Below the pieces are notes generated by a model, which was not told the DNA's origin, searched no databases, and worked only from the letters and a program-made list of their open reading frames with translations. From the NCBI GenBank assembly GCA_028534125.1, contig CM052817.1:25360001-25424000 (forward strand): 64,000 bases of DNA, in the 5' to 3' direction. Shown one piece after another: positions 25,522 through 37,900 of the stretch. Position numbers and translations under genes: made by a program. How positions within the stretch are numbered: position 1 is the first letter of the stretch; each line of letters opens with the position of its first letter. This DNA is from Lama glama. Its lineage: Eukaryota.

Positions 25522-26504
25522 TGATCTGGGGATTTTTAAATTTGGCTCAAGGCTCCATGAAAAGCAAGGAGTTTAATGTTTGAGCCAATAAATAGAGCTA
25601 ATAAAAGTCACCCTTGGACCGGCCTCTTTGAATGGGGGGAGCATGAGTCACTTATGGTGCTTGGTGATTGGGAATGTTGACAGCAGTCCTGCTAAGTGCA
25701 TGCAGTTCCCTTTACACCCTAGATGAGAAGGGACTGTTGCACTTAGGAAGGAAAACAAGAGCAAAACCTACCCCCAAGCCATAGTATTGAAATCTCATTT
25801 GACAGATATGCACTGAGCATCTACTAGGTGCCGGGGTTTAAGCAGGAAGTACACACAGTCAAATAAGCAGCAGGCCCACCCCATGCACTCCAGAGTAGAA
25901 GGAAGTCATTCATGTAACCCCAGCCATAATACAGGTCAGACTGTGATGAGGGCTACGCGGAGGGAAGAGCAACTAACTCTGCACGGAAAGAGTCTAGAAG
26001 CCTTTACAGAGGAAGTGCTACTTCGCTGAGCCATAAAGAATGAGTGAAAAAAAAATAAACAACAAAAAACCCAGCAGCTAGAAAAGGGTGGTATTCTGAG
26101 CAGAGGATACAAGCTAAGTGAGATTCAGAGGAGCTGAGGGGCAGAGGCAGCAGGGGTGAAGAGCTAGAATTCTGACATGGAGGGAGTTCAAGGCCCGAGG
26201 CTGGAAAGGTACATCAGGACACACAGCAAATGCTCTGTCATGGCTTGATACCCATGCATGTGACCTTGTTTTGTAGGCTGGGGATTGTAAGCACTTTACA
26301 TACTGATATTTCATATTTACTTTTTCGTTTTTATATTTCAACAGAGCTTTTGTCAAGTGATTCTTACAAGGAACTTGAATATATATAACAAAGAGAAGTG
26401 ATATTTTATTAGCACAAGCTTACTTCTATAATCTCAGTTTTACTGCACTTGCTAATTTTTAAATTAAACTGACAAGAAAAATTATAATCGTTTGCACATC
26501 AGTC

Positions 26505-27019
26505 GAGATTTTTTTTCAAGTGCAAGTGACAGAAAACCCAATCCAAGCTAACTCAGAGAAGAAAAACAAAAAGTCGGGGAGGAAAAAGATTTTTTTGACT
26601 CATGCAAATCCGAAAAGTGGTTCTGGGGTTCGGGAATCAGTTGATTGAGGAGCTGAAAGAATATTATCAAAGCTTTCTGTCTGTTTCTCAGTTTCATGTC
26701 CCTCTATTCTGGTAGCTCTGTTCTCGAGATGGGCATCCTTCCAGTGTAGGGTCCACAGCAGCTTCAGGCTTATAACCATCTTCACAAGTTGCAGTCTCCT
26801 TCTTAACAGAAGCCAACACAATCTCAGAACTCAGCCTCAGTGGCCTGGTCTGACTCACACACCCATCCCTGGAACAGTCACTGTGCCTGGACCACGGTAC
26901 ACGCTGAACAGTTATGGTGTGACCTGCATCCATCCAGAGTCTCCATCGGCTGATACTGGAGGCAGATGGCATTTCAGGGGAAAACCAAGACGCTATTCCC
27001 AGAAGAAGAAAGAAAGATG
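26505..27019 (-). mobile_element. MaLR LTR (MLT1K-like)
   Basis: gtgcaagtgacagaaaacccaatccaagcta..cagcagcttcaggctta..tggcctggtctgactcacac..atccctggaacagtcactgtg. Confidence 0.75.
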
Positions 27020-27128
27020 TGGGGGGAGCGGTAGGACTGCATGCCTAGCATGCACAAGGTCCTGGGTTCAATCCCCAGTAACTCCATTAATAAAAATAAA
27101 TAAATAAATAAATACAAACCTAATTACA
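27020..27128 (+). mobile_element. Vic-1-like SINE, A-box and 3' tail truncated
   Basis: gcatgcctagcatgcacaaggtcctgggttcaatccccagta..(taaa)n..aaacctaattac. Confidence 0.9.
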
Positions 27129-28881
27129 CTGGGCAGGTTAAATACAATGCAAAAATTTTAAATTTGGATTAAGGAATAACAATTGCAGGCTTACATCCAT
27201 CTTCACATCCACTTTGCTTCTGTATTTTATCTGTACAATATTGAGAAAATCCTGATTCACACAGGTGAGCAGTTACAAACAGTAACTTTTTTTTCAAACA
27301 GCACACCTGGAACACTCAGGATACTCTTTAATTAAATTTGTGCCAAAGTTTGAAAGCTTTCTTTCAAACTATGTGCTTTCTCCCCATAGAGCTTAGGATA
27401 ACGTATACTAAGAGCTTAGTGTCATGTCTGATATGAGGCAGACTCAATAAATGTTTGGTGAATAAATATATGTATTTTAAATGTGTTTTATTTATAATAA
27501 AATTAAAGGAGAATGTTTACCTAGCCATTGTTTCAAATCCAATTCATGAGATTAAAAGGCTTGATACCCTTATTAATAGCAGACAAAACAAGAAAGATAG
27601 AAATGTATCTCCTTTAGAGAAATGTTCTCTAGTTGAGCTTTCTGTGTTTCAAAGGCTGTTTTGGCCACATGCACACCCATACTCTTCACCAGTGAATGAC
27701 TGACTATTCATTCACGAAGCAATTAGGATGCACTTACTATGTGTCAGTGTATGTCTTAGTTGCTGAGGATGTTTTAAAGAGGCATTGAACACAGTTCTTG
27801 ACCTCAGGATTTTAATCAGGGAGAACCATAAAAACAAGTCATCCTAACGCTGCCTGATACGTGCCATAGTAGAGAGGTGAGTATTACATGGCGTTAATGA
27901 GGTTCGTTCAGGCTGCCAGAAAAAGAGACGTGCTCTGCTGATTGGGGTGATTGTGGTGCGGTGCAGGGATACACGAGGAAGTGGGGAAGAGCAGGAAGCA
28001 GTTTTAGCAGCTGCCTGGCGGAGCTGGGAATGTCATTCAGGACACAGTATACCTCCAGCCACCTGTTTTTCTTGACACAGCTTCAGCAGTAGGCATCTGT
28101 TGCTCCCTCTCCATCACTCTGCCAATATGGTGACTCAGCTACACTCTGCCTCTGCTTTTTCTGCTCATGCTGCCAAATCCTCTCTGCATTCCTCTTCTCT
28201 ACTCCATCACTCCTGCTTTGTCCTGGCTCCCACTGCTGTGTAGACAGGGCTTTCAAATTCCTCTCTGGGTGTCTGTCCATCTCTACCTAACATTTTGGCT
28301 TAGTTCCCCCAATAGGTCTCAAATTCAAATTGTGAGATAGAAGCTTCATTTGATTGGCCAGTCATCATCTAAGATACAGTGACCATGCTGGGCGGGGCTC
28401 TTGCATATGCCCGTCTCATTGGCTACTTGACATCCCAGGTACAACTGCCTTTGTGCCAGCATCAATTCACAGTTCAGCCTGCTGTAGCCAGGGAATCAGG
28501 GCTCATGGCTTACATCCTGTCAACTCATGCATAGAGCACTGTCCGCAGCAGCTTGCATCACAAGAGGGTGCGGTTCAGGCAGGCAATCCTATCAACTGAC
28601 TTTTCTGCAGTACAATGTCCTAGTGTATTGTTTGCCATCTTGAATTTGACCATGTCAACTGCTCAGTTTCATACAAATAACGTCAGAGTTAAGAGAAATT
28701 GTTTAGTACATTAAAAAGTTATATTAAATACATAATAATTAAAAATAATTTGAATACCCCACAAGAAGAAAATAGTTGAATATATTATATTTGTAATAAG
28801 GAAGATTATACAGCCTTCCAAAAGATCATGATTTGGAGACTATTTCATGACAAAGAAAAACACTCACTGATATAATGTTAA

Positions 28882-28965
28882 ATAAAAATCAGTACATATA
28901 ATGTACAGTACATATAATGTATCATAAAAATCAGTACATATAATGTACAGTACATATAATGTATC
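28882..28965. repeat. Perfect 42-bp tandem duplication with an internal 16-bp duplication
   Basis: ataaaaatcagtacatataatgtacagtacatataatgtatc x2; lies in an old L1ME-like 3' fragment (~28760-29120). Confidence 0.95.
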
Positions 28966-29965
28966 ATGAATTAATTATACACTCACTTCTAGAATGGAGA
29001 GAGAATGAACTGGGAAGATGAATTGACAGTGACTCTGGATGGCGGGGTGATGTGTCAGTTTTATGTTCTTTCATATGCATTTTTGTATGTCTCAACCTTT
29101 CAAAAAGGAAAAAGAAATCTCAATTATAAGATACACAAAGCAGTGTAAAAGACCACCCTTTCTGAGTAGGCAAAGCCTGTAAGTTGGTTTGACAAAAATT
29201 GCACTTTGAATCCTTCCAGTGAAAAGGGGAGATTTCCTTTCTTATTTATGACCCAAACAGCTAAGAGAACAAAGAGGACAGTGATATCAGAGCACGGCAG
29301 AGCACCGGGAGGCATGTGGCTAATCCCGGGTCCTGTGCTGTATGTTCTCAGGAGGATGTCTCAGGCGTCAAAATATAGATCCTGCTTGTCCTAATCATTT
29401 ACTCAAAAGCCACAATGGGATGGGGTTCCAGGGGATTCAAAATCGGACGCAGGCAGCCTGGCAACAACTGTAACCCCGAGAAGAGTTCTCACAGAAGAGA
29501 ATACGGAGGGTGAAGGCCCAGAAAAGACAGCTTCCCTGCCTGTGAGGGCGAGAGAAGAATTTAGAAAGCTGCTGACCTTGGATCTGAGCCTTAAGTAATA
29601 TTAACTGAATTTCCAAGGGAGCTGAAAAAAAAGGGCGCCTTACTTCTGTTCCTGAGTTCTAAAGTAATTGAGATAGACGCAAGAATAGAGTAGATTGGAG
29701 ACCAAACTACCACCTTTACTCGATAAAGCTGATATTGCAGAGTAAGGCTTTGCGGCTGCGGGTAAGTGGATTTCCAGTTCTGAACCCAGAATTAGACAGA
29801 TGTATCCACACAGTCACAAGGACTGCATAGCCTCACGGGCCTTCTGACGGAGGGCAAGACGAATAAAACCTACAACAGAAGAATTAGAGCAGAACACATA
29901 TTCTCGCCAGGCAGGCTCACCCCAAAGAGAAAAGGACAGGAAGAGGCTGAAACGCACATGGTTGG

Positions 29966-30403
29966 TGCAGCAGGTTGAATGGTGACCCTCCCCCCAAAAG
30001 ATACGTCCACCCAGACTCTGACTATGGCCTAGTTTGGGGGAGAAAAAAAGTTTCTTTGCAGATGTAATTAAGTTAAGGATCTTGAAATGAGATCATCCTG
30101 GGTTACGGCGGGCCCTAAATCAAATGACAAGTGTCCTTAGAAGAGAAGGGCAGAAGATAGAGAGAAGGCCATGTGAAGATGGAGGCAGAGAGTGGCATCT
30201 CCAACGCCAAGGAACACTGAGGATCGTGGGCACCATCAGAAGCGAGGGGCAGGCTATTCCTCAGAGCCTCCAAAAGGAAACAGCCCTTTCCAAACCCTGG
30301 TCTTAGACTTCCGGCTTCCAGAACTGCAAAAGAATACACTTCTATTGTTTTAAGCCACTCAATTTGTGCTGATCTGTCACAACAGTTCTAAGAGACTAAC
30401 ACA
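29966..30403 (+). mobile_element. MLT1C/D-like MaLR solo LTR
   Basis: ctttgcagatgtaattaagttaaggatcttgaaatgagatcatcctgg..ggccatgtgaagatggaggcagag..gcttccagaactg..ttgttttaagccac..ctaacaca. Confidence 0.9.
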
Positions 30404-30849
30404 CTCTGTTTCTTCTTTTAAACTCAGCCATCTGTGACTCGAGAGAGGAGGGAGAGGCCAGATTATTTCCCTAGTGGAGCTTTCTCCACACAAAAGGAAA
30501 TATTATGGGCGGAGAAGACACATCTTCCCCTAAAATAATAATCAAAGTTGCTAACATTTTTTGAGTGCTTGTCATCCCAGCTATTGTTCTGAGTAGTTTC
30601 ATGAAGAATACGGTAGAGGACTGTGTAAGGGGAGGGAATTCCAGGCTAAGGGGAAAGCTCTGCGGGGTTTCCCCACCCCACACACTTCCTCCTCTGTTCC
30701 ACCCGGTCCACGGCGTCTGGTCTGGGGCTGCTGGGATCTACAGCTTTGGGTCCTCAGGGTCCACACCTCCTCTAGTCACAGAGATAGGAGAGTGTTTGTT
30801 GAAACATAAAATTTCTGTAAATACCATATATGCCTATGAAAAATATAGA

Positions 30850-31173
30850 TGTATTAGTCTCCAGAGAAACAGAACCAAAGGCCACTAATTTAAATGTTAA
30901 TCAGATCTAAAAACTATCTTCACTGTGGGGAAGGTGCAGCTTGGTAGTAGAGGCATGCCTAGCACGCACAAGGTCCTGGGTTCAATCCCCAGCACCTCCA
31001 TTAAAGATAAATACATTTTCAAAAACTAATTACCTCTCCCCACCAAAAAATAAATACACACATTAAGAAAAGTTTTTTTAATATATCTCCACTGAAACAT
31101 CTAGATGGGTGTTTGACCAAACAACTGGTGTGTAATGGCCTTGCCAAGTTGACACATAAAATTAACCCTCACA
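30850..31173 (-). mobile_element. Internally deleted MLT2 (ERV-L) LTR, interrupted by a SINE
   Basis: tgtattagtctccagagaaacagaacc ... aaatgttaatc ... aaacatctaga..gtgtttgaccaaacaactgg..gccaagttgacacataaaattaaccctcaca. Confidence 0.8.
30926..31083 (+). mobile_element. Vic-1-like SINE
   Basis: ggggaaggtgcagc..gcatgcctagcacgcacaaggtcctgggttcaatccccagcacctcc..ctaattacctctcccc. TSD tatcttcactg (30915-30925) / tatctccactg (31084-31094). Confidence 0.9.
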
Positions 31174-31199
31174 ATGGGCTTTTTAAAAAATACTATGGA

Positions 31200-31800
31200 T
31201 TTTTTAATGACGGTAAAATATATATGACATAAAATTGACCAGTTTAGCCATTTTCAAGTGTACAGTTCAGTGACATTAAGTACATCCACATTGTGGTGCA
31301 GAACTTTTCTCATCTTGCCAAACTGAAACTCTGTGACCATTCAAGAATGTTTAACTCTTCATTTCTCCCTCCCCCAGCCCCTGGCAACCACCATTCTCCT
31401 TTCTGTCTCTATGAATTGAGCTATCTATGTGCCTCACAGGAGTGGAATCATACAGGATTTGTCCTTTTGTGGCTGGCTTATTTCACTTGAAGGTATCTCT
31501 GAGGTTCACCCATGTTTTAGCATGTGTCAGAATTTCCTTCCTTTTAAGGCTGAATAATATTCCACTGTACCTCTACACCACATTTTGTTTCTCCATTCTA
31601 CTATCAAAGGACGTGTGGGCTGCTTCTCCCTTTTTGGTTATTGTGAATAATGCTGCAATGAATATGAGTGTGAAAATTTCTGTTGGAGATTCTGCATTCC
31701 ATTCTTTTGAATATCCAGAAGTGGAATTATTTGATCATATGATAACCCTGTTTAATTGTTTTTTTTTTACTGTTTTCCACAGTGGCTGCACCATTTTACT
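31200..31800 (-). mobile_element. L1MB-like 3' end
   Basis: acataaaattgacca..aagtgtacagttcagtgacattaagtacat..cctggcaaccaccattct..gtggaatcataca..ttccacagtggctgcaccatttta. Confidence 0.9.
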
Positions 31801-31979
31801 GTGATCTAGTCAGCATTTTCAAACTGGTATCAGAAGACAGGATTATCAGTTGCTTAAGAAAACACATATACGTTAATGCTCAGACTGCAGCCACACACCC
31901 CAAAGTGAACAAAGCATTCAACAAGCAACTGGAATGAATTGTAGATTCTGCAGGTTCACCACTCAGCCTTCACTCAATC

Positions 31980-32420
31980 TTTCTTCTTTCCTAAGAGAAT
32001 TCTAATTTTATTTAGTTACTCTTCTCTCCTCCACAGTGTCATGTGCCTCAGGGAGAACTAACCTCAGCTCTAGGAATGGGTCTAATTGGTCTCAGAAGAA
32101 TACTGCCCTTGTCAGGAGTCAAGCCATCCTTAGGCATGTGACTCAACTTGGGCCAATAAAATGACAGTGAAATTGGTAGTGGGGCTTCTAGAAAATTGTG
32201 CCTCATTCTTAGGAAAACATTGTAAGAAGAGACCCTTTGTCTTCTTCTTCTAGACATTGTCATTTCTGCATGTAATTCTTGGAATTGCTACAGCCAGGCT
32301 GGCACTAACCTGAGGATAAAGATGACATCAACCATGGAACAGTGGAGAGATGAAAAGAATCTAGGTCCTTGATGTTAACGTCACTGAATTGCTGAAGTAA
32401 CTCACTCTGGATCCCTCCCT
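31980..32420 (+). mobile_element. MaLR LTR (MLT1J-like)
   Basis: ggcatgtgactcaacttgggccaat..ggggcttctagaaa..ggaattgctacagcca..gaatctaggtccttgatg. Confidence 0.7.
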
Positions 32421-34719
32421 ACACTTTTTGGTCTACCTGATAGCAGAACAAGTTGATAAAAATATTTGGTCTTCTATGAAAAAGTAATCTAGTTATAAAT
32501 ACATGAAACTTGAAAACAGAGAAAAGGATAAAGGAGGACAAAATATAAATTGTTCACAATCCCACTGTATTAGTTCTTGGTTGCAAGCAACAGAAACCAG
32601 CACTGGTTCACATAAGTAGGAAAAAAATGTATTAGAAGGATTCTTAAGGAGTTGACAAATCCAACGGCAAGAGAACCAGGAGTCCTTCCCACGGAATCCA
32701 GCACCAAGCTCATCCCAATGTACGAGACACCACCAGTGGAGTCAGAAGCAACAGTCATTGCCACCATCATCATTGTCTCTGCTGTCACTAGCACCAGCCC
32801 TGTTATCATTCTCCTATCATCACCTCCACCCTTACTGTGATAACCTGCTTGCTGACTATCCAAATGTCAAACCACGGCTGGGACTTGAGGATGCAAATCA
32901 AGAGCCTAGGGAACCAAATATAAGGAGGTACATACTCTCAGGTTCAGACAGATGCCAACAGGCACTTCCATGACTTTGAGAATGAGTGCCTCCTTAAATT
33001 GTACACCCTAGCACCCTGGATCCTTCAGTTGCCTCACCTTACTCCAGGTCCTGTGTCATATGCCCGAGTTTTGCAGTTTTAGGTGGAAGCTTCAGTGTAT
33101 GAGCCCAGTGTGTATGGCCACATCCCAGCTGCTAGGCAGTGAACAAGGAAGGGGCTCCCCTTTCAACTTCCACAGACAGTTAGGACAAGGCACTCCACCA
33201 AGACTTAATATGATGGAAAATTGTCCCCAAACAGGAGTCACCTTAGAGGTCATCACAGTTCACAGAGTTTGGGGCAGTGCCTTCAGGCTTTCTTCCCATA
33301 CATATGCACTAGGGGTGGGTACAAAAAATGATTTTATATTTCTTAGTGCAGTTTTTGTTCTTAGGAAAAAATGTTCTAAGGTGGAAATTACCCAAAATTT
33401 TCTCCTAACCAGAATCATACCCTGGTGTCTGAAATTTATCACCCTTGCAATATGTGAATCTGAAAAAAAAATTGTCAATCATATGTTAGAGTTACACTTT
33501 TATTACTAACATTTGATCATTGACCAATTACCCATGTTAATTCTTTTCTAAAATCATTGTGGTCTGAAAGTTCCATCATGGATATTTAAGTTGTTGTAGG
33601 CAAAAGGGTTGACAACCACAAGCCCCCCATACCCACACGCCAGCTTATGACCAAGTCCTACCAAAGGATCAAAACTCTATAGAAAAAAACCCAGAGTATG
33701 GATGGGATTCACTAAACGCACTGGTTGATTCCACTTTAATAGTGATACTTACAGAAAGAGGAAAAGCTTTTGAAGTGTAAGCAGTTTAACATGGGGAGAA
33801 AATAGACAGTCAAACAAATCACAAATGGAAGGAAACTGTACAACAATGCAATTTTCAAGCTTGCTTTTCAGGGTAACTTCTTTCTTTAAACTGTGTTTAC
33901 TTTTAATTTAATTAGTTTAATCTTTCTCAAAGCGTGGTCAGAAGTCACGTTTTAAAAAAATTTCACTTTCTTTAATGGTAAAAAAAAAAAATTACCCAAG
34001 TCTTATCTGCACATTTACTTACAGTTTTACTCTGTCTTCATAAAGCTGATTTGTTGACAGTTGCTAAGGTGATGGCCTTTTTACAAGACACTTTATTTAT
34101 GGAGAATAGTTAAAGGAGAGGCATCTTTTACTTGAGAAGTTTTAGAAAAAACGAATTTCATTTGCCATGTATGTCACTCCAGGTCAAATTTTAAAGACAA
34201 GAGAACTAAGAGATGTTGTTGAGACTTAATGAAATTAAGGACAAATGTACTCTGGAAACAAAAGCTTTAAAGGTTCCTAGCTGGTACGGCTGTTGCGTTC
34301 AATCCCTTTACTCTTTTTATTTGACTGTTTTAGCTTTGAAACTCAGACTTCAACTGGCCTCTAAGATTTAGAGAAATATGCCTTCTATTACATGACTCAA
34401 GAAGCAGACATAAGTAGTCAAAATAAGAGTCACTTAACAAGAGACTTTTTTAAAATTTTTGTTCTAATTTACTAGAGCTGTCCTTGAACCAAAGACATCA
34501 GCTCCCACCAGTTGAATGAGCTTTGTGTCACACAGATGTTTACCATCTATTATTATTGTCATTATAATTATTATTATTAAAGGAATTACTGCAAATGGTA
34601 AGAATATCCAGAACAATAAACCCAAAGCTATTTTCTGGGGAGAACTGCTTGTCCTATATTCAAAATCCCTAAGCTGCTTTATTTCTTGAGAGAAATGTCT
34701 ACATAGCTCACCACCTGTA

Positions 34720-35155
34720 ATTCACCATCTTCCTACCCAAAAGCTAGCAGCAGTATGAAGCTGACAGACAGAGACTTTCAATCTTCTCAGGCACAGAGAA
34801 ATGATGTGATGGGACCCAACTATAAGGGCTTCTGGGTAGATTGACCCCATTTCTAAACAGAGACACAAGACAGAAATATTCCATTTTTCTCCTCTCAACT
34901 TTGTCATCTGTAAGTAAAGCCTGAAACAGTCATGGACATCTTGTTAAAATGTGGACAAAAACAAACATACTGGGAATGACAGAGTGAAAATCTGAATAAA
35001 AGAAATACAGGACCATGATGGCATTGCTGAGCAGTTGAAATAACCTTGCAATCACTTTTCCTCCAAACTTCTTATTTTGTGAGATAATGTATCTCTATTG
35101 TTTAAGCAACTTGGAGATGAAATTTCTGTTACTTAAGCCATAAGCACCCTAACTG
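34720..35155 (+). mobile_element. MaLR LTR (MLT1J-like)
   Basis: gtaaagcctgaaacagtcatggacatcttg..gatggcattgctgagcag..cttcttattttgtgagataa..ttgtttaagc..ttctgttactt..cctaactga. Confidence 0.65.
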
Positions 35156-35597
35156 ATGTTGACAGATTGCAAAAAGGGTCACAGTCTTCACCCCTCCATG
35201 TATCTATGGCTTATACAATGCAACTTTGCCTCTCCTCCCATCAGGAGGCAATTTCTCCACCCCTTGAATCTGAGCTGGGCTTGTGACTTGCTTTGGACAA
35301 TGTGAAAAGTTCAGAGCCTCAAGAGGCTTTGCATAATTGCTTTCTCACTTGTGGAATCCTGCTGCCACCATATAAGGAAGCCCTGGCCAGCTGATGGAGA
35401 AACACCGTGGAGAGTAACTCAGTTCTTCCAGCCACTTCAACTGAGCCATCAAACCATTCAGCCCAACCAACCCACCAGCTGACCACAGGTATATGAGAAG
35501 ACTCAGCCAAGATCAGCCACACCAGCCCAGACCAGATCTTCTTAGCTATCCCAGTCTAAGGTGCCGAACTACAGAATTAAGAATTAAATTAGTGGTT

Positions 35598-36372
35598 TTG
35601 ATTTGCATTTCCCTGATGTTTTGTGATATTGAGTATCTGTTGGCCATCTGCATTTCCTCTTTGGAAAAATGTCTCTTCTTTTGTGCCCTGTTTTAATCGA
35701 GTTGTTTGTTTATGTTGGATACTAACTGCTTATCGGTCATATCATTTGCAAATATCTTCTTCCATTCAGTAGGTTGTCTTTCTGTTTTGTCGATGGTTTC
35801 CTTAGCTGTGCAAAAGCTTTTAAGTTTAATTAGGTCCCATTGGTTTATTTTTGCTTTTATGTCTTTTGTTTTAGAAGACAGATCCAAAAAAATATTGCTA
35901 CGATTTATGTCAAAGAGTATTCTGCCTATGTCTATGTTTTCCTCAAGGAGTTTCATGGTATCTGGCCTTACATTTAGCTCTTTAATCCATTTTGAGTTTA
36001 TTTTTATATATGGTGTTAGAGAATGTTCTAATTTCATTCTTTTACATGTAGCTGTCCAGTTTTCCCAGAACCACTTATTGAAGGACTGTCTTTTCTGTAT
36101 TGTACAGTCTTGTCTCCTTTGTCATAGATTAATTGACGTTAAGTGCATAGGTTTATTTCTGGGCTGTCTATTCTGTTCCATTGATCTATGTGTCCATTTT
36201 TGTGCTGGTACCATACTGTTTTGATTACTATAGCTTTGCAGTATAGTCTGAAATCAGGGCATGTGATTACTCCAGCTCTGTTCTCCTTTTCCAGATTATT
36301 TTGGCTATTCAGAGTCTTGTGTGTTTCTATACACATTTTAAAATTATTTGTTCTAGCTCTGTGAAAAATGCA
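35598..36372 (-). mobile_element. Inverted L1 ORF2 segment (5' inversion part)
   Basis: Minus ORFs translate to ORF2: [60 protein letters not shown] and [36 protein letters not shown]. Confidence 0.95.
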
Positions 36373-36799
36373 TTAGAGGGCATTGTACTAAGTGAAGTAA
36401 GTCTGACAGAGAAAGACAAACACTGTATGATATCACTTATGTGTAGAATCTAAAAAATACAACAAACCAGTGAATATAACAAAAAAGAAGCAGACTCACA
36501 GATGTAGAGAATAAACTAGTGGTTACCAATGGAGAAAGGGAATCAGGGAGGGGCAATATAGAGGTAGGGGATTAAGAGGTAAAAAGTATTAGGTATAAAA
36601 TAAGCTACAAGGATATAAGTACAACATTGGGAATACAGCAAATATTTCATAATAACAATAAATATTTTATAGTAACTATAAATAAAACCTTTAAAAATTG
36701 TGAATCACTATGTTGTACATCTGTAACTTACATAATATTGTACAACTATACTTCAATATTCAAACGAATTTTTTAATTTAAAAAAAAAAGGTTTTTTTT
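36373..36799 (+). mobile_element. Sense L1 ORF2 end + 3' UTR + A tail (same insertion)
   Basis: tagagggcattgtactaagtgaagtaagtctgacagagaaagacaaa..tgtagaatctaa..actatacttcaat + A tract. 18-bp TSD agaattaaattagtggtt (35580-35597 / 36800-36817). Confidence 0.95.
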
Positions 36800-37059
36800 A
36801 GAATTAAATTAGTGGTTGTTATTTTAAGCCACTGTATTGTGTTCTCCTTAAGGCCTCTGTAGGCTCTGTGCCCTCTGCCTGGAATGCAGACCCATAGCAT
36901 TCAAGCCTCTTCTCAAATGTCATCTCCCCTAACTATCTAAAAGAGCCCCTACTTCCATCATCCTCGATCCCTTTAAACTGCCTTGTTTTCTGTCTAGTAT
37001 TTATCATTACTGGAAATTACATGATTATTCATTTGTTGGCTTATTTCTTGTCTGTATTA

Positions 37060-37565
37060 ATATGAGTTTCCTATTGCTGTTGTAACAAATTGCCACAAAC
37101 TGGGTGGCTTGAATAACACAAATGTTTTATGTTGGAGTTCTGGAGGTCAGAAGTCTGAAATGGGCCTCAATGGGCTAAAATTGACATATGGGCAGGGCTG
37201 TGTTCCTTTTGGAGAATTCATTTCCTTGCCTTTGTCCTCGGGTGGAGGCCACTTGCGTTCCCTGGCATTTGTCCCCCTTCTGTAGTCAAAGTCAGCAACA
37301 GCAGGTCAAGTCCTTGTCACATGGCATCACTTGGACAGCCACGCTTCTGCCTCCTTCTTTGTCTTTTAAGGACCCTTGTTATTATGTTGGGCCCACCTGG
37401 GTAATCCAGAATAATCTCCCTATTTGAAAGCCAGTGTTTTAGCAACCTTACTTCCATCTGCCGCCTTAATTCTTCCTTGTCATGTAACCTAATATATTCA
37501 CCAGTTCCAGGAATTAGAACATGGACATCTTGCGGCGGTGGGGTGGGACACTGTTTTGCCTACCA
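37060..37565 (-). mobile_element. MLT1D-like MaLR solo LTR nested in an L2 (L2 at ~36850-37690, +)
   Basis: tttcctattgctgttgtaacaaattgccacaaactgggtggctt..ctggaggtcagaagtctgaaatggg..gggcccacctgggtaatccagaataatctccc..ggacatctt. Confidence 0.88.
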
Positions 37566-37699
37566 GTCTCCACACATACTGAAGTATAAGTCTCACTGGG
37601 GGCCAGAACCAGGGCTTCTTCACCATTCCCCTGCACCTGCCACACAGCAACGTGTATTGCTTGATATGTGTTTGTTAAGTGAATACTTGAACGCAACAT

Positions 37700-37900
37700 A
37701 GTTATAAGAGCTTTGCCTGTGTTACCCCAATTTCATCTGCACAGCTACTCTATGAAGAATAATTATCCCCATTTTACATTTGAGAAAATGAAGGCACAGA
37801 GAAGTTAAGTAACTTGCCTAAGGTCACACAGTAAGTGCCAGAGGCAAAGGAACAAACTGAAACAAACTCTAAGGCCTTTGCTCTAATCACTGCGCTACAG
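37700..37900 (-). mobile_element. MIR SINE
   Basis: ccccattttacatttgagaaaatgaaggcacagagaagttaagtaacttgcctaaggtcacacag. Confidence 0.85.

Larger units (their letters stand above)
35156..36835 (+). mobile_element. MLT1F/G-like LTR split by the inverted L1 insertion
   Basis: ctccaccccttgaatctgagctgggcttgtgacttgctttggacaa..ccagctgaccacag..; resumes after the TSD with tggttgttattttaagccact. Confidence 0.75.

Noticed and set aside
32652..32840. Thr/Ser-rich hydrophobic ORF resembling a mucin or membrane peptide
   Set aside because: Lies in a decayed minus-strand MLT1-type LTR (~32566-32930) whose low-complexity tract explains the composition.
35693..36336. ORFs with clear protein similarity
   Set aside because: Disrupted L1 ORF2 fragments, not a host gene.
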